From positions 68,456 through 132,455 of the forward strand of contig JAJPHT010000045.1 in the NCBI GenBank assembly GCA_021325135.1: a stretch of DNA of 64,000 bases. Reading direction: 5' to 3'. Every line of letters begins with the position of its first letter. The first letter of the stretch is position 1. Source of the DNA: Pseudomonadota bacterium. GTDB lineage: Archaea; Thermoplasmatota; SW-10-69-26; JACQPN01; JAJPHT01. Below, piece by piece: positions 1 to 8,303 of this stretch. Below the pieces are notes generated by a model that was given only the letters and a program-made list of their open reading frames with translations, had not been told where the DNA came from and made no database searches. A program made the translations under genes and the position numbers.

Positions 1-498
1 GCCAACTGGCCCGACCTCAAGGCCAAGCCCCGCGCCGACGGCTCGTGGCCCTGCGAGGCGAACTGGTGCCACGGCGCGCCGGGCATCGGCCTCTCGCGCG
101 CCCTCGCGCTCCCCCGCCTCAAGGACCCGGCGCTCCTCGACGAGGCGCGCGTCGCCCTCGCCACCACCGTCGCGCGCCTGAGGGATGACGCGCAGGAGCC
201 GGGCCGCGACTTCACGCTCTGCCACGGGGTGGCGGGCCGCGCCGCGTGCGCGCTGCGGATCGGCCACGCCGTGGGGGGCGACGCGGGGCGCTCCGCCGCG
301 CGGGAGGTGGTGGGCGCCGCCGTCGAGGCGTTCGGCGCGCGCGCCCGCCAGCGATGGGGAGAGGCCACCGATTGGCCCAACCCCCTGCCCGCGGGGCTCC
401 ACCCCTCGCTTTTCCTTGGGGCGGCGGGGATCGCGCACCTGTTCCTGGAGCTTGACGACCCCCGGCTGCCGGGCGTCGTCGCGCCGCCGGGCGCGTAG
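1..498 (+). CDS. LanC-like lanthionine cyclase domain (3' part of a LanM/LanC-family gene, truncated by window edge)
   Basis: Frame 1 is open from base 1 and reads NWPDL...WCHGAPGIGLSR...DFTLCHGVAG...PSLFLGAAGIAHLFL. WCHG and CHG are the Zn-ligand motifs of LanC domains. Confidence 0.85.
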   Translation, partial: ANWPDLKAKPRADGSWPCEANWCHGAPGIGLSRALALPRLKDPALLDEARVALATTVARLRDDAQEPGRDFTLCHGVAGRAACALRIGHAVGGDAGRSAAREVVGAAVEAFGARARQRWGEATDWPNPLPAGLHPSLFLGAAGIAHLFLELDDPRLPGVVAPPGA

Positions 499-499
499 A

Positions 500-763
500 T
501 CAGAAGACGACGTACACGACGACGGCGAGCGCCGCGACCAGGAGGGCGCCGTAGCTCGCAAGGCGATCCGCGCGGGATTCCAGGGAGCGCCAGATCGCGT
601 AGCGGGACGGGACGGGGCCGACGGTCGCAGACATCAGGACCGCGTCTCCCTTGGTCGCAGGTTGACTTAACGGCACCGTCTCGGGTGGGGATACACCGAT
701 CGAAACGTCGGGGAGGAGCGCCGCGTCCAGGGAGGATTCAGGAGAAAGCAGCACGGCGCTCAT
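500..763 (-). CDS. Small hypothetical protein with C-terminal TM helix
   Basis: 87 aa, ATG start, ends YGALLVAALAVVVYVVF. Confidence 0.5.
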   Translation of the reverse strand: MSAVLLSPESSLDAALLPDVSIGVSPPETVPLSQPATKGDAVLMSATVGPVPSRYAIWRSLESRADRLASYGALLVAALAVVVYVVF

Positions 764-853
764 GGGGGCCGCCTTGTCCCGGGGGCGTCTTCATCCCAGC
801 GCAAGGTCCGCTGGGGACCCCGGCCCCGCAAGCTTCAGGGCCCCTCCGCCCGG

Positions 854-1441
854 GTGCCCGGCGTGGACGCGCGGGACGCCTGGCGCCGCAAGCACGCCCG
901 GGAGGCGGCGCCCTGGCGGGGGCCCGTCCACGCCGCGCCCCTGCTGGCGGGCCTCTCCGGCCGCGTGGTGGAGCTCGGCGCGGGCGGGGGGAAGGTGGCC
1001 GGCGCGCTGCCGGCGGAGAGCGTCGCCCTGGACTGGGCGCCGGAGGGGCTCCGCGACGCGGGGCGCCCCCGCCTGGTCGCGGACGCGCGCGCCCTCCCCT
1101 TCCGCGACGGCTCGCTGGACGCGCTGGTGGCCATCCACGTCCTGGGCCACCTCGCCGCGGCCGACCGCCCGCGCGCGCTGGCGGGGTGGGCCCGCGCGCT
1201 GCGCCCCGGCGGCGCGCTCGTGCTGGAGGTCTTCGCCCGCGGCGACGCCCGCGAAGGGGAGGGGCGCGAGGTGGAGCCGGGCACGTGGGAGCGCGGCGGC
1301 GTCGCGACGCACCACTTCTCCGAGGCCGAGCTTCGCGCGCTGCTGGCCGGGTGGCGCGGGGACCTCCTTGTGGAGGAGCGCCGCCTGAGGTGGGGGACCC
1401 GGCGGGCGCTGCGGGGCCGCTTCACCCGTCCCGCGCCTTGA
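854..1441 (+). CDS. Class I SAM-dependent methyltransferase
   Basis: VVELGAGGG motif I; ADARALPFRDGSLD; RALRPGG. Confidence 0.8.
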   Translation: MPGVDARDAWRRKHAREAAPWRGPVHAAPLLAGLSGRVVELGAGGGKVAGALPAESVALDWAPEGLRDAGRPRLVADARALPFRDGSLDALVAIHVLGHLAAADRPRALAGWARALRPGGALVLEVFARGDAREGEGREVEPGTWERGGVATHHFSEAELRALLAGWRGDLLVEERRLRWGTRRALRGRFTRPAP

Positions 1442-2585
1442 CGACGAACACGCAGGCGGGCTCGCCTTGGCTCTGGCAGCGGATCTCGCTGCCCAGCGCG
1501 TGCCCGCCGTGGCGCCGGGCGACGGTCGCCTCCAGGACTCCTAGCGCGATGTGGCACGTGGGCGTCGAGTGGCCGCGCCCGGCCTCCAGCATGTCGGTGG
1601 CGTGGAACTCGTAGCGGCCCGCCTCCTCGCGCGCGAGGGCGATGGCGCCCAGCCCCATGTCCCGCAGCGCCTGGAGCGTCGCGTCGAGGGATTGCCCTTC
1701 GAGGTCCGCCGCCAGCGTGCGCCCCAGCGCGCGGCGCGAGACGGCCGTCGCGGAGGAGCCCTCGGTCAGGGCGCGCAGGATGCCGCGCACGAGCTTGCGC
1801 GCGACCAGCTGCCGGCGCGCCTCCTCCTCGCCGCGCTTGCGCGCCGTGATGTCGCGCATGACGCCCGTGTAGCCGATGAGGTGGCCCTCGGCGTCGCGCG
1901 CGAGGTTGATGCTGACGCTCACGTCCACCAGGGAGCCGTCCTTGCGGCGGCGCTTCGTCTCGTGGTCGCGCAGCGCGCCCTCGGCCCGAAGCCGGTCCGC
2001 GAGGAGCTTCGACTCGTCGGGCAGGTCGGGAGGAAGGAGCATCTGGCCGTCCTGCCCCAGGACTTCCTCCTTGGAGTAGCCGAAGAGGCGCTCCGCGCCC
2101 GCGTTCCACGTGAGGAAGCGCCCCTGCGCGTCGATGGTCATGATGGCGTCGTCCGCGCTCTCCACGGCCAGGAGGAGCCGCGAGCGGGCGTCCTCCGCGC
2201 GGCGGCGCTCGGTGATGTCGATGCCCACCGCCAGGACGCAGGGCGCGCCCGCGACGCTCACCACGTCCAGGGAGACGATGCAGTGCCGCTGCGCGCCGTC
2301 CTTCCGGTAGAAGACCAGCTCCACGTTGCGGGCGCGCCCGTGCGCGCGCAATTGGGCCTGCACGTCCGCGCGGGGCGCCTCCCGCCACACGCCCAGGGCG
2401 TAGGCGCTGCGGCCGACGACCTCCGAGCGCTCGTAGCCCAGCATCTCCAGCATGTGCCGGTTCGCGTCCACGAAGGTCCCGTCCCCCATGCGCGTCAGGC
2501 TGATGGCCGCAGGCACCTCCTGGTAGACCAGGGGGAAGAGCGAAGCGACGTCGGGGGCGGCGGGCGGTTCGGACAAGCCGCGCAC
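1422..2585 (-). CDS. PAS-PAS-V4R domain protein
   Basis: Two PAS/PAC repeats (LGYERSEVVGR...DITERRRAE; WNAGAERLFGYSKEEVLGQ...RRKDGS...DITARKR) and a C-terminal V4R-like region (PTCH...EIRCQSQGEPACVF). Confidence 0.8.
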   Translation of the reverse strand: MRGLSEPPAAPDVASLFPLVYQEVPAAISLTRMGDGTFVDANRHMLEMLGYERSEVVGRSAYALGVWREAPRADVQAQLRAHGRARNVELVFYRKDGAQRHCIVSLDVVSVAGAPCVLAVGIDITERRRAEDARSRLLLAVESADDAIMTIDAQGRFLTWNAGAERLFGYSKEEVLGQDGQMLLPPDLPDESKLLADRLRAEGALRDHETKRRRKDGSLVDVSVSINLARDAEGHLIGYTGVMRDITARKRGEEEARRQLVARKLVRGILRALTEGSSATAVSRRALGRTLAADLEGQSLDATLQALRDMGLGAIALAREEAGRYEFHATDMLEAGRGHSTPTCHIALGVLEATVARRHGGHALGSEIRCQSQGEPACVFVVKARDG

Positions 2586-2645
2586 CTTTCCCTTCCCACT
2601 TACTTAACGATGACCCTTTTGCCCCAGGCGGGTCCTCTGGCTTCC

Positions 2646-3368
2646 GTGACGCGACGCCTCTATCTCGAAGACGCCTACCTGCGCGCCTGCGACGCGACCG
2701 TGCTGCGCGCCGAGGGCAACCGCGTCGTCCTCGACCAGACCGTCCTCTACGCCGAGAGCGGGGGGCAGGCGGCCGACCACGGCGTGCTGCGCTGGGACGG
2801 GGGCGAGGCGCGGGCCGTGGACTCCCAGATCGAGGGCGGGGGGCACGTGGGCGACGTCTCGCACACGCTGGAAGGCGGGACCCCGCCCGCGGGCGCCCGC
2901 GTCCGCGTGGAGGTCGACTGGCCGCGGCGCTACGGTCTCATGCGGCACCACACCGCGGCGCACCTCATCGCGGCCGTCGTCTACCGCGACTTCAAGGCCA
3001 AGTTCACCGGGGGCCAGCTCTACCCCGACCGCGCGCGCCTGGACGTGCACTTCGACGGCTGGGACCCCGAGACGCCGCGCCGCGTCGAGGCCGCCGTCAA
3101 CGCCGAGATCGCCAAGGGGCACGAGGTGAGGAACTACGACATCGGCCGCGAGGAGTTCGAGCGCCGCGACCTGCTGCGCACCGCCGAGAACCTCGTGGAC
3201 CCGAGCCTTGAGCGCATCCGCCTCACGGACATCGTGGGCCTCGACGTGCAGGCCGACGGCGGGACCCACGTGGGCAACGTGCGCGAGGTGGGCCGCGTCC
3301 TCGTGGGCAAGGCCGAGAACAAGGGGAAGGGGCACCGCCGCCTGAGCTATCAGTGCGTGGACGCGTGA
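2646..3368 (+). CDS. alaX: AlaX-type alanyl-tRNA editing protein
   Basis: TRRLYLEDAY, LYAESGGQAADHG, MRHHTAAHL, QADGGTHV. GTG start at 2646; the ORF-track start at 1551 is an antisense extension. Confidence 0.9.
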   Translation: MTRRLYLEDAYLRACDATVLRAEGNRVVLDQTVLYAESGGQAADHGVLRWDGGEARAVDSQIEGGGHVGDVSHTLEGGTPPAGARVRVEVDWPRRYGLMRHHTAAHLIAAVVYRDFKAKFTGGQLYPDRARLDVHFDGWDPETPRRVEAAVNAEIAKGHEVRNYDIGREEFERRDLLRTAENLVDPSLERIRLTDIVGLDVQADGGTHVGNVREVGRVLVGKAENKGKGHRRLSYQCVDA

Positions 3369-3418
3369 CCGCCCGGTAGGCGCCACGCTTTTGCGCCCGC
3401 CGCCCTCCGCCATGCGGC

Positions 3419-4141
3419 GTGGCGCGCGACGAGCACGGCGAATCGCCCGCGCAGGTGCGGCGCGACCTCCTCATCTCCGCGCTGGCCATCGTGAGCGTGG
3501 CCATCGGGATCTACCAGCTCGCGCACGCCAAGGAGAGCCCCGAGTTCACCTGGCTCGACGCCGTGGACCTCGGCATCGTCGCGGTCTTCATCGTGGACTT
3601 CGTCGTCCAGGCGCGCCGGTGCGGCGACTGGCGGCAATACCTCCGCTGGCACTGGTGGGAGATCCCCAGCCTGATCCCCGTGGGGGGCGCCTTCGTCACC
3701 GGCGTCCCGGGCCTCGCGATCATCCGCGGCATCCGCCTCGTGCGGCTCGTGCGCGTGCTGCGCCTCCTGCGCCTCCTGGGCCTCGTCGCGCGCTTCCGGC
3801 GCATCGGGCGCTACGTGAAGCGCGTCGTCCACCGCGCGCACCTGGGCGGCATCCTCCTCGCGGCCGCGGCGGTCGTCGCCGGGGGCGCGCTCCTGGCCTT
3901 CGCCCTGGAGTCGGACGCCAACCCGGCCTTCTCCAGCTTCGGCGACGCGCTCTGGTGGAGCCTCAACACGTTCGACAACGTCGCGTACCTGGACTTCCAG
4001 CCCGCCACCCTGGGAGGGCGCCTTCTCGCCGGCGCGCTGGAGGTGTGCGGCATCGGCTTCATCGGCGTCTTCACCGCGAGCCTCGCGGGCGCCATCCTCC
4101 AGGAGCCCAAGCCCGACGAGGAGGAAGAGGCCCGAGTGTGA
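3419..4141 (+). CDS. 6-TM voltage-gated ion channel (KvAP-like fold) with non-canonical selectivity filter
   Basis: S4 RGIRLVRLVRVLRLLR; pore helix FGDALWW; filter region TFDNVAYLDFQPAT. Confidence 0.85.
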   Translation: MARDEHGESPAQVRRDLLISALAIVSVAIGIYQLAHAKESPEFTWLDAVDLGIVAVFIVDFVVQARRCGDWRQYLRWHWWEIPSLIPVGGAFVTGVPGLAIIRGIRLVRLVRVLRLLRLLGLVARFRRIGRYVKRVVHRAHLGGILLAAAAVVAGGALLAFALESDANPAFSSFGDALWWSLNTFDNVAYLDFQPATLGGRLLAGALEVCGIGFIGVFTASLAGAILQEPKPDEEEEARV

Positions 4142-4152
4142 GGGATTCCATC

Positions 4153-4263
4153 CACTCCGTCGCGCGCCTCCCAAGCGCGGCCTGCGGGCCGCGCTGCGCG
4201 CGACTCCGTGGCAGGGGCTCTGCCCCTGCACCCCGCCAGGGGCGGGGACGCCCCTGGACCCCA
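4153..4263. repeat. Dispersed palindromic repeat family A, copy 1
   Basis: CACTCCGTCGC-hairpin-GCGACTCCGTGGCAGGGG..CCCCTGCAC..CCAGGGG..CCCCTGGACCCC, shared with copies at 33055, 49323 and 50134. Confidence 0.75.
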
Positions 4264-4314
4264 CCCACGGGCCCGACGAAAGGTTCACTCGCTCCCAGCG
4301 CGAAGAGGCCTGCC

Positions 4315-4602
4315 ATGGCGGGCGCGCGCGTCGTCCTCTTCATCACCCGGAGCGATCCCCAGGGCCGCGAGCGGCTGGGGGCGTACCTTCCGGACGGCCG
4401 CCTGGTGGACCTCCAGGCCGGCCACATGGCGATGCGCGGCGTGCCTTCGCCCTTCCTGCGCGACCGCACCGCGTTCACCTTCGGCGCGGGGCCCGCCGCC
4501 GCCACCGTGGAGCAGGTGCTCGCCTGGGTCGCCTCGCAGCAGCCCCCCGGGGTCCTCGTGCCCGACCGCAACGTGCAGGTCACCGAGCCGCTGCGGGCGT
4601 GA
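4315..4602 (+). CDS. Hypothetical protein resembling a stand-alone N-terminal domain of FAH-family hydrolases
   Basis: RVVLF...ERLGAYLPDGRLVDL...VQVTEPL pattern; genome-typical codons. Confidence 0.5.
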   Translation: MAGARVVLFITRSDPQGRERLGAYLPDGRLVDLQAGHMAMRGVPSPFLRDRTAFTFGAGPAAATVEQVLAWVASQQPPGVLVPDRNVQVTEPLRA

Positions 4603-4653
4603 CGCGGGCCCTTGGCAAAGGCAGATAACAGGGGATCGGGCGAGCAGGGGGGC

Positions 4654-5634
4654 GTGCTCCCGGCCCAGGCCTTGGGCATCCTCGCCGCCTGCCTCGTCCT
4701 CCTGAGCGGGCTGACCGCGGCCCTTGCCTTCGCGCTCTGGAGCGGCCCGCGCAAGGCCGCGCCGCCCGGGTCCCGACCCGCGCAGGCCCCTCTGTCCTGG
4801 GGCGCGCTTCTGCGGGATGGTGCCCTCCTTTCGGCCTCGCTGGGCGTCGCGATCCTGGGCATCGCCGCCCTTTGGGGCGCCTTGTCTCTCCTGCGCTGGG
4901 CGTGGACGGGCGCGCCCGGGTGGGTCGTCCTGGGCGCCCTCGTCGCGGCGGGCGGGACCTACGCGATGCGCGAGCGACGCCGCAAGCGGGCGCGCGAGGC
5001 CGCCGAGCAGGCCGCTCGCCAGGAGGCGGAGGCGCGGCAGAAGCGCGAAGCGGCCGAAGCCGGAGCGCGCCGCGCCGAGGAGGCCCGCCAGGCCCGCGCC
5101 CGCTTCGAGGAGGAGCAGCGCCGCCGCGGGCTCGTGCCGCACGCGGGGCGCGACGGCGCCACGCGCTGGGTCGCGCCCGCCGAAGCGGAGAGCCTGGCGC
5201 GCCGCGCGGCGGCGTCCGAGGAGGAGGCGATGGTGCGCGCGTGCCTCGATGCGTTCTCCCCCTCGATGCGCCACGACCACGAGCTGCCCTACCACATGGA
5301 GCTCCTCGGGTACCTCCGCGCCAGGCTTCCCGCCGCGCTGCCGGAGGTGCAGGTGGGCTCCTCGCGGCCGGACATCGTGGTGGGCCGCATCGCCATCGAG
5401 GTCAAGGGCCCCACCGACGTGGCGGCGCTCCAGACCGTGGCGGACAAGTGCGTCCGCTACGCCCAGCACTTCGACGTGGTGATCGTCGTCCTCTTCGACG
5501 TCACCGTGGGCGAGCGCATGTACGCCGAGTGGGAGCGCGGCATCGCGAGGACGTTCCCCCAGGTCGCCCTCGTCCGCAAGGCCCCGACGCGCGGGCCCGC
5601 CTCCTTCGGGAGCTACTCGTCCCGGGTCCGCTGA
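4654..5634 (+). CDS. Membrane-anchored PD-(D/E)xK nuclease-fold protein
   Basis: Three N-terminal hydrophobic helices, an R/E/A coiled coil, then E...RPDIVVGRIAIEVKG...RY. Start is uncertain (4612 or 4654). Confidence 0.7.
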   Translation: MLPAQALGILAACLVLLSGLTAALAFALWSGPRKAAPPGSRPAQAPLSWGALLRDGALLSASLGVAILGIAALWGALSLLRWAWTGAPGWVVLGALVAAGGTYAMRERRRKRAREAAEQAARQEAEARQKREAAEAGARRAEEARQARARFEEEQRRRGLVPHAGRDGATRWVAPAEAESLARRAAASEEEAMVRACLDAFSPSMRHDHELPYHMELLGYLRARLPAALPEVQVGSSRPDIVVGRIAIEVKGPTDVAALQTVADKCVRYAQHFDVVIVVLFDVTVGERMYAEWERGIARTFPQVALVRKAPTRGPASFGSYSSRVR

Positions 5635-5684
5635 GCCCCGCCGGTGTGTCGCGGCGCAGCAGGTCGCCCCCGGGAGAGGCAGCC

Positions 5685-5692
5685 CTTATATT
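5685..5692 (+). promoter_or_regulatory. Archaeal TATA box (thiolase, probably leaderless)
   Basis: CTTATATT about 22 nt upstream of ATG 5715 in a GC-rich background. Confidence 0.55.
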
Positions 5693-5714
5693 CGGAAAGG
5701 CCCGATGGCCAAGC

Positions 5715-6863
5715 ATGGCCTCGCCCCGCGAAGCGGTCATCGTCGACGCGATCCGCACCCCCTTCGGCAAGCGCAACGGCTCCTTCAAGGACACGCACCC
5801 CGAGGTCCTGGGCGCCATGCCGCTGAAGGCCTTGACCGAGCGGCTGGGCCTTCGCCCCGACGAGATCGACGACGTCATCTACGGCAACGTGACCCCCGTG
5901 GGCGAGCAGGGGCTCAACATCGCGCGCAAGGTCGCGCTCCTCGCGGGCTGGGGCGACGGCGTCGCGGGCGTGCAGCTCAACCGCATGTGCGGCTCGGGCC
6001 AGCAGGCCATCAACTTCGCCGCGCAGGGCGTCATGAGCGGCGTCAACGACCTCGTGATCGCGGGCGGCGTCGAGCACATGACGCGCGTGCCCATCGGCAG
6101 CGACGCGGGCCCCGTCTCGGAGGAGCTGGCCAACCTCTACGAGATCCTCCACCAGGGCGAGAGCGCGGAGCGCATCGCCGACAAGTGGGGCTTCACGCGG
6201 GCGGACCTCGACCAGTTCGCGCTGGAGAGCCAGCACAAGTACGCCAAGGCGCGCGACGAGGGGCGCTACAAGAGCCAGATCGTCCCCGTGCGCGTGACGG
6301 TGGACGGCCAGGAGAGGATCGTCGAGGCGGACGAGCACCCGCGCCCCACCACGGCGGAGGGGCTCGCGAAGCTCAAGCCCGTCTTCCGCCCCGACAACGG
6401 GAGGATCACGGCGGGCAACAGCAGCGGCATCGTGGACGGCGCCGCCGCGGTCGTCGTCACGAGCGCGGAGAACGCGCAGCGCCGCGGCTGGAAGCCCCGC
6501 GCGCGCATCGTCGCGCAGGCCGCCGTGGGCAGCGACCCCGTGCTTATGCTCACCGGCCCCATCCCCGCCACGAGGAAGGTCCTCGCCAAGGCCAAGCTCA
6601 ACGTGGGCGACATCGACCTCTTCGAGTGCAACGAGGCGTTCGCCAGCGTCCCCCTCGCCTGGCAGAAGGACTGCGGCGTCGACCCCAGGAAGGTCAACGT
6701 CAACGGCGGCGCCATCGCCCACGGCCACCCCCTGGGCGCCACCGGCGCGGCGCTGGTCACCAAGCTCGTCAACGAGCTGGAGCGCACCGGCAAGCGCTAC
6801 GGCCTCTCCACCATGTGCATCGGGTTTGGCCAGGGCATCGCGACCATTGTGGAGCGCCTGTAA
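5715..6863 (+). CDS. Thiolase (acetyl-CoA C-acyltransferase)
   Basis: NRMCGSGQQA, NEAFA, NGGAIAHGHPLGATG, MCIGFGQG. Confidence 0.95.
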   Translation: MASPREAVIVDAIRTPFGKRNGSFKDTHPEVLGAMPLKALTERLGLRPDEIDDVIYGNVTPVGEQGLNIARKVALLAGWGDGVAGVQLNRMCGSGQQAINFAAQGVMSGVNDLVIAGGVEHMTRVPIGSDAGPVSEELANLYEILHQGESAERIADKWGFTRADLDQFALESQHKYAKARDEGRYKSQIVPVRVTVDGQERIVEADEHPRPTTAEGLAKLKPVFRPDNGRITAGNSSGIVDGAAAVVVTSAENAQRRGWKPRARIVAQAAVGSDPVLMLTGPIPATRKVLAKAKLNVGDIDLFECNEAFASVPLAWQKDCGVDPRKVNVNGGAIAHGHPLGATGAALVTKLVNELERTGKRYGLSTMCIGFGQGIATIVERL

Positions 6864-6941
6864 GCCGGTCATCCAGGCAGGTGTGGGTCCGCCGCAGCGG
6901 ACCCACGGCGCATTGCGCCGCTGGTGCGCCAGCGGTGTCGG

Positions 6942-6986
6942 ATCGGCTTCGGCCAGGGAATCGCGACGATCGTCGAGCGCCTGTAA
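6942..6986 (+). repeat. Synonymously diverged duplicate of the last 14 thiolase codons plus stop
   Basis: Encodes IGFGQGIATIVERL*, identical to 6819-6863, with 6 third-position differences. Confidence 0.9.
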
Positions 6987-7065
6987 CACCCGGCATGCGT
7001 CAGGGACGCCGAAGGCCCCGCACCAGAAGACGTATCCTCGCGCGCCCGACCACGTCTGGTACGGG

Positions 7066-7806
7066 ATGACGTCCGACGACGTGCAGGCGGCCCTGGGCGA
7101 CACCGTCGACGCGCTGCTGGTCCTCGACGAGCCGCTCCTGAGCCCGCGATATCACGGCATCCTCGCGCGCCGCGCCACCGCGGGCATGCAGCAGGACCTC
7201 GCCAGGCTGCGCGGGCTCGTCCTCCAGGCGAACCGCGTCGCGCGCGCGGGGGCCAGGAAGTGGGCGCGCGCGTCGGCGCACGTCGTCGTCCACGACTTCC
7301 TCGATTGGGGCGAGCGGACGCTGCTGGACTCCTTCCTGAGCCTCGCCGAGACGGAGATGCGCGTCCTGGCCTCTGCCGCCCGCGCTGCCCCCACGCGGGA
7401 GATCCGCGCGGACTTCGACCAGACGGTGCTCCTCCACCGCGAGGCCGCGCGGACGCTGCGCGACGCGCTGGCGCCCCTGGACCCGGGGCGCGCCCTCGCC
7501 CCGCCGCCGCGCATGCCGGTGCGCCCCGTCCAGGAGGAGGCCGTCCCGGGGGACCTGCGCGGCCAGATCGAGGCGGCGATGCGCGGCTCCCTCGCCGCCG
7601 GACGCCCCATCCGGCAGGTCGCGCTGAGCCCCACCGCGCTGCGGCACCTCCGCGACCAGGGGTGCTTCCAGGACGGCGAGACGACGCTCCTTCAGGTGCC
7701 CGTCGTCGTCGACTTCGGCTGGGACGTGTCCGCCTTCGCGCTCCAGACGCGCGACTGTGTGCCCCTGGAGGAGATCGTCCAGGAGCGCCGCGAGCGCGCC
7801 GGCTGA
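7066..7806 (+). CDS. Hypothetical protein (helical N-terminus, alpha/beta C-terminus)
   Basis: ATG 7066, genome-typical codon usage, 246 aa. Confidence 0.6.
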   Translation: MTSDDVQAALGDTVDALLVLDEPLLSPRYHGILARRATAGMQQDLARLRGLVLQANRVARAGARKWARASAHVVVHDFLDWGERTLLDSFLSLAETEMRVLASAARAAPTREIRADFDQTVLLHREAARTLRDALAPLDPGRALAPPPRMPVRPVQEEAVPGDLRGQIEAAMRGSLAAGRPIRQVALSPTALRHLRDQGCFQDGETTLLQVPVVVDFGWDVSAFALQTRDCVPLEEIVQERRERAG

Positions 7807-7879
7807 AGGGCCACAACGCCGCAACGACGCAGCGGCCCCAGCGCAGCGCGCAAGCGCCGCCGCCCCCTCCCCGGCGCCC

Positions 7880-8065
7880 ATGCGTCGGGCCCTGCTCGCC
7901 GTGGGCGCCGCCCTCCTCAGCGCCATGGCCGCCGGCATCCTCCTCCTTCCCCACCCCGCCCCGGGGGCCGTCGGCGTCACCAGCAAGGAGGCCGGCGCCG
8001 CCTTCCTGGGGCTCATCATTCTCGTCGTCGCGATCCTGGGGCCGGATTGGAGGGACTGGTTCTGA
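7880..8065 (+). CDS. Small two-TM membrane protein
   Basis: MRRALLAVGAALLSAMAAGILLL...AFLGLIILVVAILG. Confidence 0.6.
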   Translation: MRRALLAVGAALLSAMAAGILLLPHPAPGAVGVTSKEAGAAFLGLIILVVAILGPDWRDWF

Positions 8066-8252
8066 GACGCTTCGCGTCTCAGCCTCGGTCCGCGCCGAAG
8101 GCGCGGACCGACTCGGCTGGGGGCCCTTCGGGCCCCCGGCGAGCGCCCCTTTTTTCGCAGAAATGCCCTTAGGGGCGCTCCGGCGCCGCCTTCGGCGGCG
8201 CCTGCGGCCCCTACAAGGCGTCCGGCATTTCTGCGAAAAAACGGGCGCTCGC
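8062..8252. repeat. Multi-hairpin palindromic element
   Basis: Hairpins CTGAGACGC-TTC-GCGTCTCAG, TCGGTCCGCGCC-GAA-GGCGCGGACCGA and GGGGGCCC-TTC-GGGCCCCC, plus a long stem TTTTTTCGCAGAAATGCC...GGCATTTCTGCGAAAAAA. Confidence 0.75.
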
Positions 8253-8303
8253 TGGTTCGCAAAGGGGGCAAACCTCAAGGTGCGGTCGCTTGCTTGCGGC
8301 GGC

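Noticed and set aside
6819-6986. Diversity-generating retroelement TR/VR pair
   Set aside because: Differences are synonymous and not adenine-specific, and there is no reverse transcriptase in the window.
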